DNA from: Paraglomus brasilianum
Lineage: Eukaryota
DNA: 42,180 nucleotides
Direction: 5' to 3'
NCBI GenBank assembly: GCA_910592345.1
Contig: CAJVPI010000213.1
Coordinates: 1 to 42,180 of the forward strand
Below are positions 1-11,090 of this stretch, in pieces. The first letter of the stretch is position 1. Each line of letters begins with the position of its first letter. The translations under genes and the position numbers were made by a program. The notes below the pieces were generated by a model. The model did not search any database. It was given only the letters and a program-made list of their open reading frames with translations, and was not told the origin of the DNA.

Positions 1-187
1 ATTTTAGAAAAAATTTTTCTTAAAAAATTTATTTGCAATAATCTGAGGTATCTATCTTTTTGCACCGGACCATATTAACCAATCAGTTTTTGAGATAATC
101 TACACGTTGCGTTGATCTCTGTCTAAACAGGCATAGTGTTGACGTTACATTTGTTATGCTTGAATTATATTCCAGCTTCACTTTCAA

Positions 188-846
188 AATGGTAGAAACA
201 TGTTCTCTCAGACGATGAAGAAAGTGACGTTTTCTTAGGGGGCCTAATATTTTCAACGGCACAAAATTTGACATGTTCGCGATGTATAATAACTAGATAT
301 TAGGAAAAACCAAATATTATCGAGCATCAGAATCGGCACATAAAATAGGAACTGAAAAACTGGAACAGTTTTATTGCTTGGGGGCTCTTTCCTTTCCCCA
401 TTTTATAATCGCATTCTTGACTACATAATATCTGCGGACAGCTTCAACTTGCTTTGACGACCCTCCTGCAGTATCGATAACGATAATTGAGCAAAGCTAA
501 ATATCCGATCAATATACAGTACGTGTAAATTCCACAATGAAGGCAGAATGTGCCCACTTGATCGATAGCTTGCTGTCCTCTGTAGCATTACTCGATATAC
601 TTTAACCAGAAGATTTATTCATTATCATTGGCCATATATCTCAAACCTAACGAACAACAATGCCAAAATTATGAACAAAAATGAGAGACAGGTGACTCGA
701 ATATTCTGTATGCCTAATATCAAGTTTGCCAAGAGATTCCTTTTACCGGTTTCATATTATTAAAGGCTTTATTCAGCAAATCCGGTATTTATTAAACTGA
801 CATTGGCATTTATTATAAAAGTTGTACTGAACGTAAAGTACAACTA
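188..846 (+). repeat. Diverged direct copy of about 3434-4223, the 3' flank of the clathrin-kinase gene
   Basis: Co-linear shared blocks include 'gatgtataataact(a/t)gatattaggaaaaacca', 'ctgaaaaactggaaca', 'gagcaaagctaaatat..gatcaatatacagtacgt', 'aggcagaat..cccacttgatcg' and 'tgaacgtaaagtacaacta'. Confidence 0.9.
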
Positions 847-847
847 T

Positions 848-1204
848 GCTGATCGACTGTCTAATTGTCGGTTTTCTTGAACAGTGCGTATTCCTCCGAT
901 ATTTCTGGTGAGCACTGACTACGATAATGATGACTCCGACGAGAGTGAAAAGGCGGAATAGGAGTAATGAATGATAGAACCGGTTTATATTGGTAGATAA
1001 ATTAATGTATGAGAAGCAGATGCGTACTGGCAAACTTTGAGATCCTGTCGCGTCCTAATTAATCGCGCAAGTCGAAAATGTGGAAAAAACATATCCCAGT
1101 TATTATTTCGAGATTCCTTTACTCAACCTTTTGTCAAGTATCATTTGCTTACTCGTTCGTAATAAAGAGCTAGTTAATTATAGACGCTATATTGGTTTAT
1201 TATT
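848..1204 (+). pseudogene. Orphan duplicate of the last intron end, last exon (885-961) and 3' flank of the YJU2B/CCDC130 gene (parent 13731-14091)
   Basis: Near-continuous alignment with 13731-14091. The exon copy reads (V)RIPPIFLVSTDYDNDDSDESEKAE* versus the parent VRIPSISLVSTDYDNDDSEESEETEEG*. No upstream exons are present. Confidence 0.9.
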
Positions 1205-1539
1205 CGAAAAGAACACATAGGAAAATTGTGTAGCCACATGATTTGTGCGATAAACTTCGTTGATTTTGTTTGTCCCCGTATGAGTAACAGATCATCTTTA
1301 CTAACTTCTATGGCGTCATTATGGTTTCGTTTTAGTGTTGTTTGAATGGTCACTATCAATTTCCGCATTAGTAAAAGAAGAATTGCTTAATTTGGTTTGA
1401 CAAATGTCACTGTCAGTTTTTATATTTAATACATTATTGACTATCTGCTTTTTGATAATGTGTTGCAGAAGGAATGATTATCATTTACACATTGTAATGG
1501 TAATTTGTAGTAACTGATACCGAGTCAGCTGCACCAATT

Positions 1540-2537
1540 CTTCATGATGTCATGATTCCCCAGATTAAGATACAGGGGCCTATGTTCAAGGTGGAGCCAC
1601 CACCAAAAGACACAGGCAGTCTTGATGTACAATGGTTGCACGTAAAATCGCCATTTTCAGTACCTATTATAACTATTAATTAAATCAATGCTTTAATTAA
1701 TTAATTCTAAAAATAGAAGGTAGCTAGTGAACGATAGAATGTATAGCTAACATCATCTTCATAATCAACATATTAGGTCCTTATTTATTATTATCAGAGT
1801 AGCTCTTTGGTACTCAATAATTATATTTTTATCGGAATAGTAAATAATTCGTATTCCGCCTCGGTAGCGTGACGTGCAAAACGCAGATTTTGCTATCGAT
1901 CTTCTGTGTTGGCAGAATATGATTGCTAATTCATTGTCTACAAGCGCGTTTACTTTAATATACTGCAAGCTGTCGAGAGTAACAGTTTAATAAGCAACCG
2001 AGAATTGCGGGACATACAAGCCTTGAGTCAGTATTGAACTCAGTTAAAAGGTCACTAACTTGTTGTTTACAGATTTACCTTAGTAGAGATTTGACAGCCT
2101 TGCTTGAAGAAACTCAATCATAGGGTTGATGTACAATCGCTCTCTCATGGCAACACAATCGCTCTCTCATGGCAACGACTCGACACTACTCAGTTAAAAT
2201 CTATGATTATTATAATAGTATATAACGTGTAGTGAACTGTATCTATCATTTTATAACATTATTGAAATATTTATCTACGTAATGGTAAAACTTTACCATA
2301 GATGTTATATTAAAATGCAATTTCTTATTTAACAACATATGTTTTTTTTCTTTGAATATGAAACATTTACATATGTTTTGACTAACAATATAATCAACAA
2401 TGCAAAGCACTAGTACATACTCATACGTAGTAGTAGTGTAATAATTGTTTAAGCAAGTACCATGACCTCTGCCGAAACCAAACATGGAAAACTAAGAACA
2501 AAGAACTTCGACAAAATAAGTTGATTTGTGCGTTCAT
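1540..2537 (-). pseudogene. Possible decayed multi-exon gene for a small secreted or surface protein
   Basis: Hydrophobic start MNAQINLFCRSSLFLVF; a frameshifted MFGFGRGHGTCLNNYYTTTTYE followed by GTATGT; further AG/GT-bounded pieces with stops; a last piece GTENGDFTCNHCTSRLPVSFGGGSTLNIGPCILIWGIMTS. No family recognised. Confidence 0.25.
2133..2176. repeat. Perfect 22-bp tandem duplication (acaatcgctctctcatggcaac x2)
   Basis: Read directly from the sequence. Confidence 0.95.
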
Positions 2538-3205
2538 TTTTGTGATAAAATTTTTACCAGTTTTATTTTTATCAAGTTCCAAATCACTAAGCAGGCATGC
2601 AAAATGATCTATCTGATTAACTCTGGACTTGTTTATAACCGTCAAATATTAAAATTAATAACTATCTGTTTACTTGACAAAAGTATTCTATATTGTCGAT
2701 GGTGGTTGTATCCCCGAAATTTGAAAAGAAAATTCTCTCAAGTTTTCAATCACAAGTACACTATCATATCAGTCTTAATTATTGTTTAGCTTGTGGCTTT
2801 GAGTTGTAAGCTTTCTCCTTTCCAACAATTCGAATGTTCTCGATTGCAAATTCCGTTATTACGTTGTTTGCAACTAGTAGATATAGACAACGTATAAAAA
2901 TAAATCGCGTTTCATACAGTCTAAATATAACATGGGAGTTTAATTAATAATTTAGTCCAAGCAGTTTATGTGCTGCACATCGATATGTTTACCTCACGCG
3001 ATAATTTAAAGTGGACAGTTCCGTATTATTAGTAAAGAGAGTCTTTGCAACGTCTAATAAACAAAAGATAAGACACGGATAGGCTTGATGCTGGTGTAAA
3101 GAATTTATTATGATCCCAAGATTATGATATATTTCGGTACTATGAAGGATATTTGCTCGTTTCTGAGACAACAAGCGGTCAATGCTCAATACGATACTAT
3201 TATAA

Positions 3206-3290
3206 CGAGTGGCTCTCGATATAAGAGATTTTCAATATAAGAAAGTAAATTTGTTGGGCCCGACTCACATTCTATATCAAGAGCCACTTG
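3206..3290. mobile_element. Miniature TIR element (MITE remnant, pogo/Tc1-mariner-like ends)
   Basis: 18-bp terminal inverted repeats cgagtggctctcgatata / tatatcaagagccacttg with 2 mismatches. TA on the right flank. A related terminus 'ta-caagtgggtcttgatataac' occurs at 21106. Confidence 0.6.
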
Positions 3291-4256
3291 TACTATATTA
3301 ATATTAATATTAAAACAATGATCATAATAAGCCATTCATACCTTGTATTAATACCTTCTTTTTTTTTTTTAGAAATTTAGGATGAAAACTACATATCGAA
3401 CTGCCAGCATGCTATAATCATGCAAATTGAATTAATGTTAGAAACATATTGGTGAAGAAAGTGATCTGTATCATTATGTTTTCTTATGGGATAATATTTC
3501 ATCTGACGTGTTCACACGATGTATAATAACTTGATATTAGGAAAAACCAATTATTAAGCGTCTCACTCTCGGTGAATCGAGCATCAGGATCGCACATAAA
3601 ATATGAGCTGAAAAACTGGAACATTTATGTACATGTATTTATTGCTTAGCTGCTTTAACCATACAAGATCGATCCTAATGCCCGGTCGATCTACGGTCGC
3701 TCTTTTCCCTTTTCCCATTTTTATAGTCGCTTTAGGTTAAGATCGGATATTAGATCTTCTGGTAATCTGCGGACATCTTCAACTTGCTTGACGTGTTTGC
3801 CAACCCCACTCGCAGTACGATAACGAGAATTGAGCCAACCTTTAGAGCAAAGCTAAATATTTGATCAATATACAGTACGTATATTGACCTATAATATAAA
3901 TCCCACAATAAAGGCAGAATATGTCCCACTTGATCGGTAGCATTATTCGATATACTCTAACCGGAGGATCCATTCATTGCCCATATTTCTTAAACCTGAC
4001 GATGCAAAAATTATGAATATCAATGATGGTAACTCTAATATCACGTTTGTCAAGAGGTTCTTTTACCAGACCGAGGAGTGTGGATGGTAGTTTCATATTA
4101 TTAATGGCTAGACATGCTCATTTAGCAAGTCTGGTATGTAAAATATTTATCAAAACTAAGATTCGCATTTGTAGAACTCAAGGTTGAAATAGAAAAACTT
4201 ATATTGAACGTAAAGTACAACTAAAACAATCATTTATTATACATTCTAACATCTTA

Positions 4257-7002
4257 CTATTGGTCAATACCATATACGGTTGGTTGCCGGTGAGACAAAA
4301 ATGACAATCTTCTATGTACTTCTTCACTGCTTGGTCTGTTATCAGGCATTTCATCCCAGCATTCAGTATATAACGCAATGTAACCTTCGGGTGTCCCGAC
4401 AACAGGATCATGGCGGACACCCTGAAATCTGAGCAGCTCTATCTCGGTTTCACGACAACCTTTGAATGGCATTTCTCCACTTGATATTTCCCACAAAAGC
4501 ACGGCCAAGCTGAAAACATCAGATTTTGGTCCACGGGAGTAGGATATATTCTTCAAACTTAGTGGATCCATGTAGGCTGCTTTCCCCTTCCTATCGGAAG
4601 TGGGCATTATTTGAGTAATATCCCTTCCACAACCAAAATCAGCCAGTTTCGCAGTTTTATTAACCATGAGAATATTGGTGGAGCACTAGAAACGGTAACC
4701 ACGATTCAAGGTCACTAAATAATAGAAGTATCAACCGACAGAGACAGTTGGAACCATACGCAATAAATACTATACCAGATCTTTATGTACTATTTGCCGC
4801 CCATGTAGAAATTTCAATGCGTTGGTAATATCCAAGCCTAACTTATATTTGTCTTCCCATTCCAGCGACGCGTAGTGTGTCGCCAAATACGTGCGCAATG
4901 TTCCTTCAGCTGCATACTCAAGAAGCATACCATATTTACCGGCATTATCTGTCAGTATGAATTGATGCGATTATTAATGTGTTCTCAGATAGTAAAGGAA
5001 ACAATGAAACTGGGAATCAGAAATACCCTTGCTCAAACCATATAATCGAATAATGTTTGGATGATTGTTCACAACACTGTGAAGTCTGAGCTAGCATATT
5101 ATAAATGGGTCATTGTTATGTAACATTTCGTTAGGAGAACAAATCTGTAAAAGGTGACTTGTAACAAACCTCTTGAACGAATGCCTCATACAACTCCGAA
5201 TCGGTATCATCGTTTCTAGGTACCAAGACTTTCAACGCGACTATGAGTCCCGACTGTCTTATCTTTCCTTTGCATACCACACCAAATCCACCGTGACCTA
5301 TAATTACACGGTCCAAAATATCTGCTTCTTCATTATAGTGTGGTAGATACATCTGGCTGTTTTTCAAGTATTCCTTGGATGATGATATCATGGTGCTGTT
5401 ACTTTCTGAAATGCCGGGCGTTCTTTGGTTGCTTTCTGAATATGTCTCTGACAGTTTAGTCATTAGCACAGACATGCTAGGAAATTCGTGACGAGCAGCC
5501 AGACGTATAGCAATATCAAGTTTGCAGAGAGATTCTACAATGTATTGCAACAGCGTGGAATCATCTACAGTCACAGATAATACCTGAATGCGAACGTAGA
5601 TAAATCAAATTCAATATACTAATAATAATACAAAATAATCCTAATTAGTATCCTGAACTTACGATAGACCAACCTAAATCTTCATACCTGTCCTCCATCG
5701 TTTACAAAAAGTAATCCGTTACTGTCTTGAAGCGCACTAACATTAAATATTTCCGTCGTACTAATTCGGCCCGTATATACAAGAGCTTGGGACCCAACAT
5801 CAACAAGGTGGATGAATCCGAACTTGGTAACAAGAAAGAAGAATCCGTACTCCTTACTGAATACACAATCGATAAAACAGTCTCCTGGCAAGAAATTTAT
5901 TGGAATTTCATCACAGTATTTATCGGTACGGGATAATTGTGACGTTTCGATTGTGTTAAATATACGAAGCTGTTGATCGGTAAAATCATTCGTCAATATA
6001 ATGCGACTGTATATGTAGACGTTTGTTCATAATCTTATTGCTTAATTTCTCACTCACACTTCCGGTATTAGAACTGGTACTTGATGCAACTGCGAACAAC
6101 GGTTTGTTAACATTAATCCCGTTAACTTCTTCAGAAAATACGAAAAATGCAACTGCAGTTCCATCAAAGTCCCGACTAATTTTATGCCGCCTGTTCCACA
6201 ACTGTATCTTGCCAACGTTTTCGTGATCCTATTGAAAAAAAAGCGCTCAATAAATAAACTCGTCAAATATTATGGGCAAATTTTGTTATTAGTAATCATT
6301 ACCTCACCAATCTTAGTTCCAATAACAGCAGCCCACGCAAGATTTTCGCTAGCCACATAGTTGATGATCTGAGTGTATGCCAATGATTCATTTCTGTTAA
6401 ATTCCTTCTTGGGTTTTATATAGTCAGCCTTCCAATAGTATATTGACCACTTCGTTACGATTACTAAAGTGGTGTTGTTAAGCCACTTCCAATATTCCAG
6501 TGCGTCATCCAACGTATGATCTCCAGTTTTAGTTTTGGTAATGCAACTAAAGATTTGGATTACTTTGTTTGCTGGTGAATATGAAGATAGACAATATCGA
6601 TTTTGAATACAAGTATGCGACAATTAAATCGACTCAACAATATTCAATACATTTACATTGCAGAGCTATGAACTGTCCGTCGTCGCTCAGAATCACTCGC
6701 TGAGCACTAATAGCATGTCTCTTCACGTTGTCTGTGTCCTGAAGATCTATTATTATCGCCTTGGTTTTTCCTTGTTCTTTGTTGGATACGACGATAAAGC
6801 GGTCTGATGCAAGGTTACAGGTTTCAGAACGAATGTATTCGTCGTCTATAGCGTAATTAGATAACTGCAGAGCAGCATATGCTAATCATATAAACATACA
6901 ATTATACGATGAATTTTACGAAAGGTTGAAATGCTACATTTATCCAACCTCGAGTCTCTCTTGTAGAGTTATGGGTATCACTTCGTTTGTAGCTGTAGTC
7001 AT
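4257..7002 (-). CDS. Clathrin heavy-chain terminal-domain (beta-propeller + linker) / TKL protein kinase fusion, 687 aa, 9 exons
   Basis: Exons 7002-6949, 6864-6657, 6571-6303, 6228-6058, 5969-5688, 5583-5170, 5090-5027, 4948-4776, 4685-4257. All introns are GT-AG (74-104 nt); 2064 nt, no internal stop. The N-half parallels clathrin HC: PITLQERLE, ASDRFIVV, IIIDLQD, AISA, IALQ..VIQIF, YWKWL, TQIINY, GKIQLW, FLVTKFGFIHLVDV, RIS, NDGGQVLSVTVDD, IAIRLAAR. The C-half is a kinase: GHGGFGVV, VALK, HPNII, LLEYA, HKDLCSTN, DFG, YMDP, SDVFSLAVLLWEISSGEMPF, CWDEMPDNRP. Confidence 0.92.
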
Positions 7003-7596
7003 ATCGAAGTTTCAGGTAAAAAACGATAATCAAAGATTGCTTTATTTAGCCGTTCAGGGTTATTGTTACACCAATCAAAGTAAACAGGGGTAGTAGTAGG
7101 TGGTCGCGCATTCATAAATACTGTAAACAAATACTATGCATGTACAGAGAATGATAGTGAAATATACTGGAGTTGATCTACTTTCTGGGCTTAATTATGA
7201 TGTTAATGTCTATCCTGGAGCTTAACTATTAACGCCTTATATTTATAAGATGAGTCCTTGAACGCATATAATTTATAACATTCTCCAATTATGACATCAC
7301 ATGACGCGTAAAATCACCAAAAATTTTAGATAAAAAAACCCCCAGAATTTGTCTTTATATTGATTATCTCTCACAAATGCGACACTGTATTTGTTTCCAA
7401 AGAGAGCGCTCCTCTGCATCCAAACTGTACTATCCAGTACGACATGTAAGTAAGACCACTCGCAATTGGCAACGCTTACAACGACACTGACTCAGTAGTC
7501 GACACCCTCTCTTCAACCTCACGTCCGAATAGTACCTTCCTTCGTCTCCTCTAATCTCCTCTACTGTTAAAAAAGTCACATGAAACTTCGAACCGA

Positions 7597-8925
7597 ATGG
7601 CACGAAGAACCATCTCCCCACAACACTTTTATCAGAATAGAATTTTGGATCAGTATGCATCTCAGTCAGCAAAAACTATAACGCTTCGTCAGCTAGCGTT
7701 TTTCGGAAGGAACCTAAACGAAGATAAATTAATACAAAGTGGCAACTATGTGAGAAAAGAACTCCCCGTGAGGCTTGCTCACAGAATACGTGACTTTCAA
7801 AATCTTCCATTCATAGTTGGTACCAACTCTTACATTTCCACTGTTTATGAGTTATATTGGTCGGCATTTGATCGACTACGTAGTATTCCTGAAATAAAAA
7901 CTATCGAGGACAACCATATGTTTTGTGAGACATTGAAGGGCCTTCTACGCGAACATCTTGTTGCACTTCCGCAATTGGCAAGAGGAATGATGGAATGCTC
8001 TAATCACATATCGCAAGGGTTAATAGATAGGTTTATGTATACTATGCTACGTTCTCGCATATCTAGAAGAGTGTTGGCTGAGCAGCAGATTGCTTTGACC
8101 GCGAACTGGAACAAGTATGGACATAGTGGATTCTATTCCGATGGGCGTATTGGTGTTGTTAATACGAAATGTAATGCAAGGGACACAGTGGAGAGATGTG
8201 CGACCGTGACAAGAGATGCATACCGTACTTACTATGGAGTCGAACCTCCCGAAGTTGTGTTTGATGGCCGTGAGAATGTCGTGTTTACGTATATTCCAGA
8301 TCATATAGAGTATGTCCTGTATGAGCTGTTGAAGAATTCTATTAGGGGAGTCATTGAAACACATTCTTCAGAGGTTGTTAATAATGTGATGGAGGCCACG
8401 AAATCGGATGTAAAAGTCCCGGAGGCTACGCAGGATACCAACGAAACAGAAGAAATAGAAGCTAATCCTTCATCTGCCCAACCGTCTTCTCGTCCTCACT
8501 TTGCACATGAAAAGATCCCTCATTCGCGTCCACTTGCGCCCTCCTCTACTTCGGCATCCAAAACATCGCCCTATCCACATATAAGCGTGACAGTTTCGTC
8601 ATCCCCTACCGATATATATTTCCGTATCTCGGACCAAGGAGGTGGAATTCCTGAATCCATATATCCACATATCTGGTCTTTTCCTTCTTTGAAATTCAAC
8701 AAATTCACCAATCTCGACAAAGTATCTCAGATGGCTGCTACGTTGAGAGAAAGACAGGAGGAGATTATTCCACCGATGTTGAAATTAGGCATTGGTTTGC
8801 CTATGAGCAAAGTTTACTGCGAGTATTGGGGCGGAGGCTTGATAGTGTTTAGTATGGATGGGTATGGGACGGATGCCTATATTAAGATTACAAGATTGGG
8901 AAACAAGGAAGAAAATTTAGTGTAA
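7597..8925 (+). CDS. Mitochondrial alpha-ketoacid dehydrogenase kinase (PDK/BCKDK family, GHKL ATPase), 442 aa, single exon
   Basis: BCDHK N-domain motifs TLRQL, ELPVRLAHRIRDFQNLPF, SRISRRVLAEQ; N-box ELLKNS; G1 ISDQGGG; GIGLPMSKVYCEYWGG; GYGTD. An in-frame stop at 7552 supports the ATG at 7597. Confidence 0.93.
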   Translation: MARRTISPQHFYQNRILDQYASQSAKTITLRQLAFFGRNLNEDKLIQSGNYVRKELPVRLAHRIRDFQNLPFIVGTNSYISTVYELYWSAFDRLRSIPEIKTIEDNHMFCETLKGLLREHLVALPQLARGMMECSNHISQGLIDRFMYTMLRSRISRRVLAEQQIALTANWNKYGHSGFYSDGRIGVVNTKCNARDTVERCATVTRDAYRTYYGVEPPEVVFDGRENVVFTYIPDHIEYVLYELLKNSIRGVIETHSSEVVNNVMEATKSDVKVPEATQDTNETEEIEANPSSAQPSSRPHFAHEKIPHSRPLAPSSTSASKTSPYPHISVTVSSSPTDIYFRISDQGGGIPESIYPHIWSFPSLKFNKFTNLDKVSQMAATLRERQEEIIPPMLKLGIGLPMSKVYCEYWGGGLIVFSMDGYGTDAYIKITRLGNKEENLV

Positions 8926-9340
8926 GTTGGAATGGACAAAGTATGTCAACCTAATAACAGACTCAGCATCGACAACCTTGGTATCATACGGCGATAATGG
9001 GATTTGACAATGATGCGATCCTGACATCATTTGGTCTATTATAACAAAGGAGTTATTTAAAAAGAAACGTATCTCTCTTTCGATCTTTCTTTGGATATTC
9101 AAATATTAACCCTCTGCCGTAACAGAGATACCATTTTATTTACTTAATATCATTATAATGTAAAATAAATATAAAGGTTTGTACCAATTTCTATACCCAC
9201 CACCTTTCGCTTTGTCTTGTAATTACGATCGTAACCTGTCGATATCATCTATGGGATATTGCACACCTCTACTCTACGTTCTCTTAATCATAACACGGCT
9301 TCTGTTTGCCTTCCTCTCCTATTTCAATAGATTTACTTAA

Positions 9341-10713
9341 TTAATAATTTACTACATTCGTATAAATAGAGTCACCTATCTTCCATTTATCTGATAAGAA
9401 CTTAGGGTTTGTGTGTTTTACAAAATGCTCTCTCCATTTAATAACGAAAGATTCTAAATTGGGCCAATGATCTCTTTTGTCAGCTAAGTCATGTCTCGTC
9501 TCATCAAATATTTCTCTGCCATTCTCAGTAACCACGACGCTTTGACGATTTCTCATTAGTTCACTCACAACGAATTTTCCGTGCTCGATAAACTCGTCTG
9601 ATAATCGATAATCAAGCAATTGGACAGCTATCTCAAGAACAGAGTCAGGAATATCAGACATGTCATCCAAACGTCGAATAGTAATTGAGCTATGTGCTAT
9701 GTCTGCATTATCATGACGAGGCGATAACGAGTCGCGTTCCATTTGGTTCCACCATTGAAGGACGATGCTCTCCAACTCTTTTATTCTTTCTCTCGGAATA
9801 AGCTTTACGTTCCTCTTAGTATCGCTCACAGTAATGTTCACCAAGTCTTTGCAACTTTGCCTATGCCTTAACAGTGCGGACGCGGCCTTTTTCACCTTTC
9901 TGTTATGTGGAAGAGGAATTCTTCCTCTCCCATTCAGCGAAATATTATATTCAGCGGATATTTTTTGTTTGAACTCGAATGCATTACTTTCGTATAGTGT
10001 ATGACAGGCCTTACACATTGGAAGTACATCGTGACTCTATAAAAGAGAGGGAAATATAATATTAGTACCTATATATCGAAATAGGTTACTCTATTTGTCG
10101 CTAGTCCTTACCGCATGAGACTTAATGGCAGTTGGCATATATTTTCTGTACATTTCCGGGACTGTAAAGGGAAATAACATACAGACTCGCATTGGAATAA
10201 ATTGTGATTCAGGATTAACCATCATCTTAGCGGCTTCTATTGCAATCGAATTAAAGTTTATTTTTGTTAATAATCCCACCTACCGACATGGTGCATAGTC
10301 AAATCCTGACTGGCTCCACAACACACACAGATATTCATCTTCTCTTCTAGATGATACCTATCTCCGTGATGACCAAGTCCTTTGGGTTGGAATTTCAATC
10401 CAATGGAATCATCACTTAGCTGTTTAGCCAATCCTCTGGTGAGGTACCATTGAGCCTTCTTGCTAGGCGCGAAAAAACAAACCGATATTTCACTATTTAT
10501 ATACCAAGGAGAAGCATTGGTTCATTATTTAACATACTAGTTGCATCTGAACATCAGATGTCCTTCCTTGGAGAACACCTTCCAGTTTTCATAGATTGTT
10601 TTGGTCTTTACTGGAAGTCCTCTATAACGAGAACTGCTTTTCTCCTCATCCAAGAGATTTGCTTCGATGTGATCCTTTTTGTACAATTTGTTACAATCCA
10701 AGGATTCACCCAT
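9341..10713 (-). CDS. Stand-alone EXD2-C-terminal-like Zn-binding HNH-fold protein, 366 aa, 4 exons
   Basis: Exons 10713-10538, 10462-10284, 10161-10112, 10036-9341, all GT-AG and in frame. Motifs IYENWKV..GHLMFRC..KKAQWYL.RGLA, NICVCCG, TMHHVVPEMYRKYMP..IKSHASHDVLPMCKACH, VKKAASALL, HGKFVV and FVIKWREHFVKHTNPKFLSDKW match the C-terminal half of EXD2. No DEDDy exonuclease domain. Confidence 0.85.
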
Positions 10714-11090
10714 CGTAAACGTGAACCTTGTTTTTAAAGCAAGAAACCGAAAACGAATGACCAAAAATGCCAGTTTCAGCAAATAAAACATCGAGTTTAC
10801 AGACTGATTATCAAAATCTCTGACAAAAAATTTTATTATAAATGGCCAAAGGATGATCAGGAATGTTCTCTATCTCTTGTACGGCACATGAACGCTGAGG
10901 GAGTTTTCATGCCTTTAATGCGAAAACACCGCCTGTCGCAGAGCGTTTTGCTCCTAGAGAGGATTGTGCCTCATTGAATTTGCTGTACATATAATAACAG
11001 TGGCGTCATAGTGCATAAGGAACTAGAGCTTAGATGCTTTATTAGCCTTCCTTCTGTCTCTAACAACCACTACATTGACAACACTAAACA

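Noticed and set aside
1174..1368. 64-aa ORF with faint SH3-like spacing
   Set aside because: Key SH3 residues are absent and there is no supporting exon structure.
5584..7002. A separate, truncated clathrin heavy chain gene or pseudogene
   Set aside because: No stop or frameshift, and the clathrin linker runs in frame into the kinase within exon 5583-5170.
7377..7490. Upstream ATG and GTAAGT as an extra first exon of the PDK gene
   Set aside because: No acceptor found that joins in frame past the stop at 7552; at most a uORF or UTR intron.
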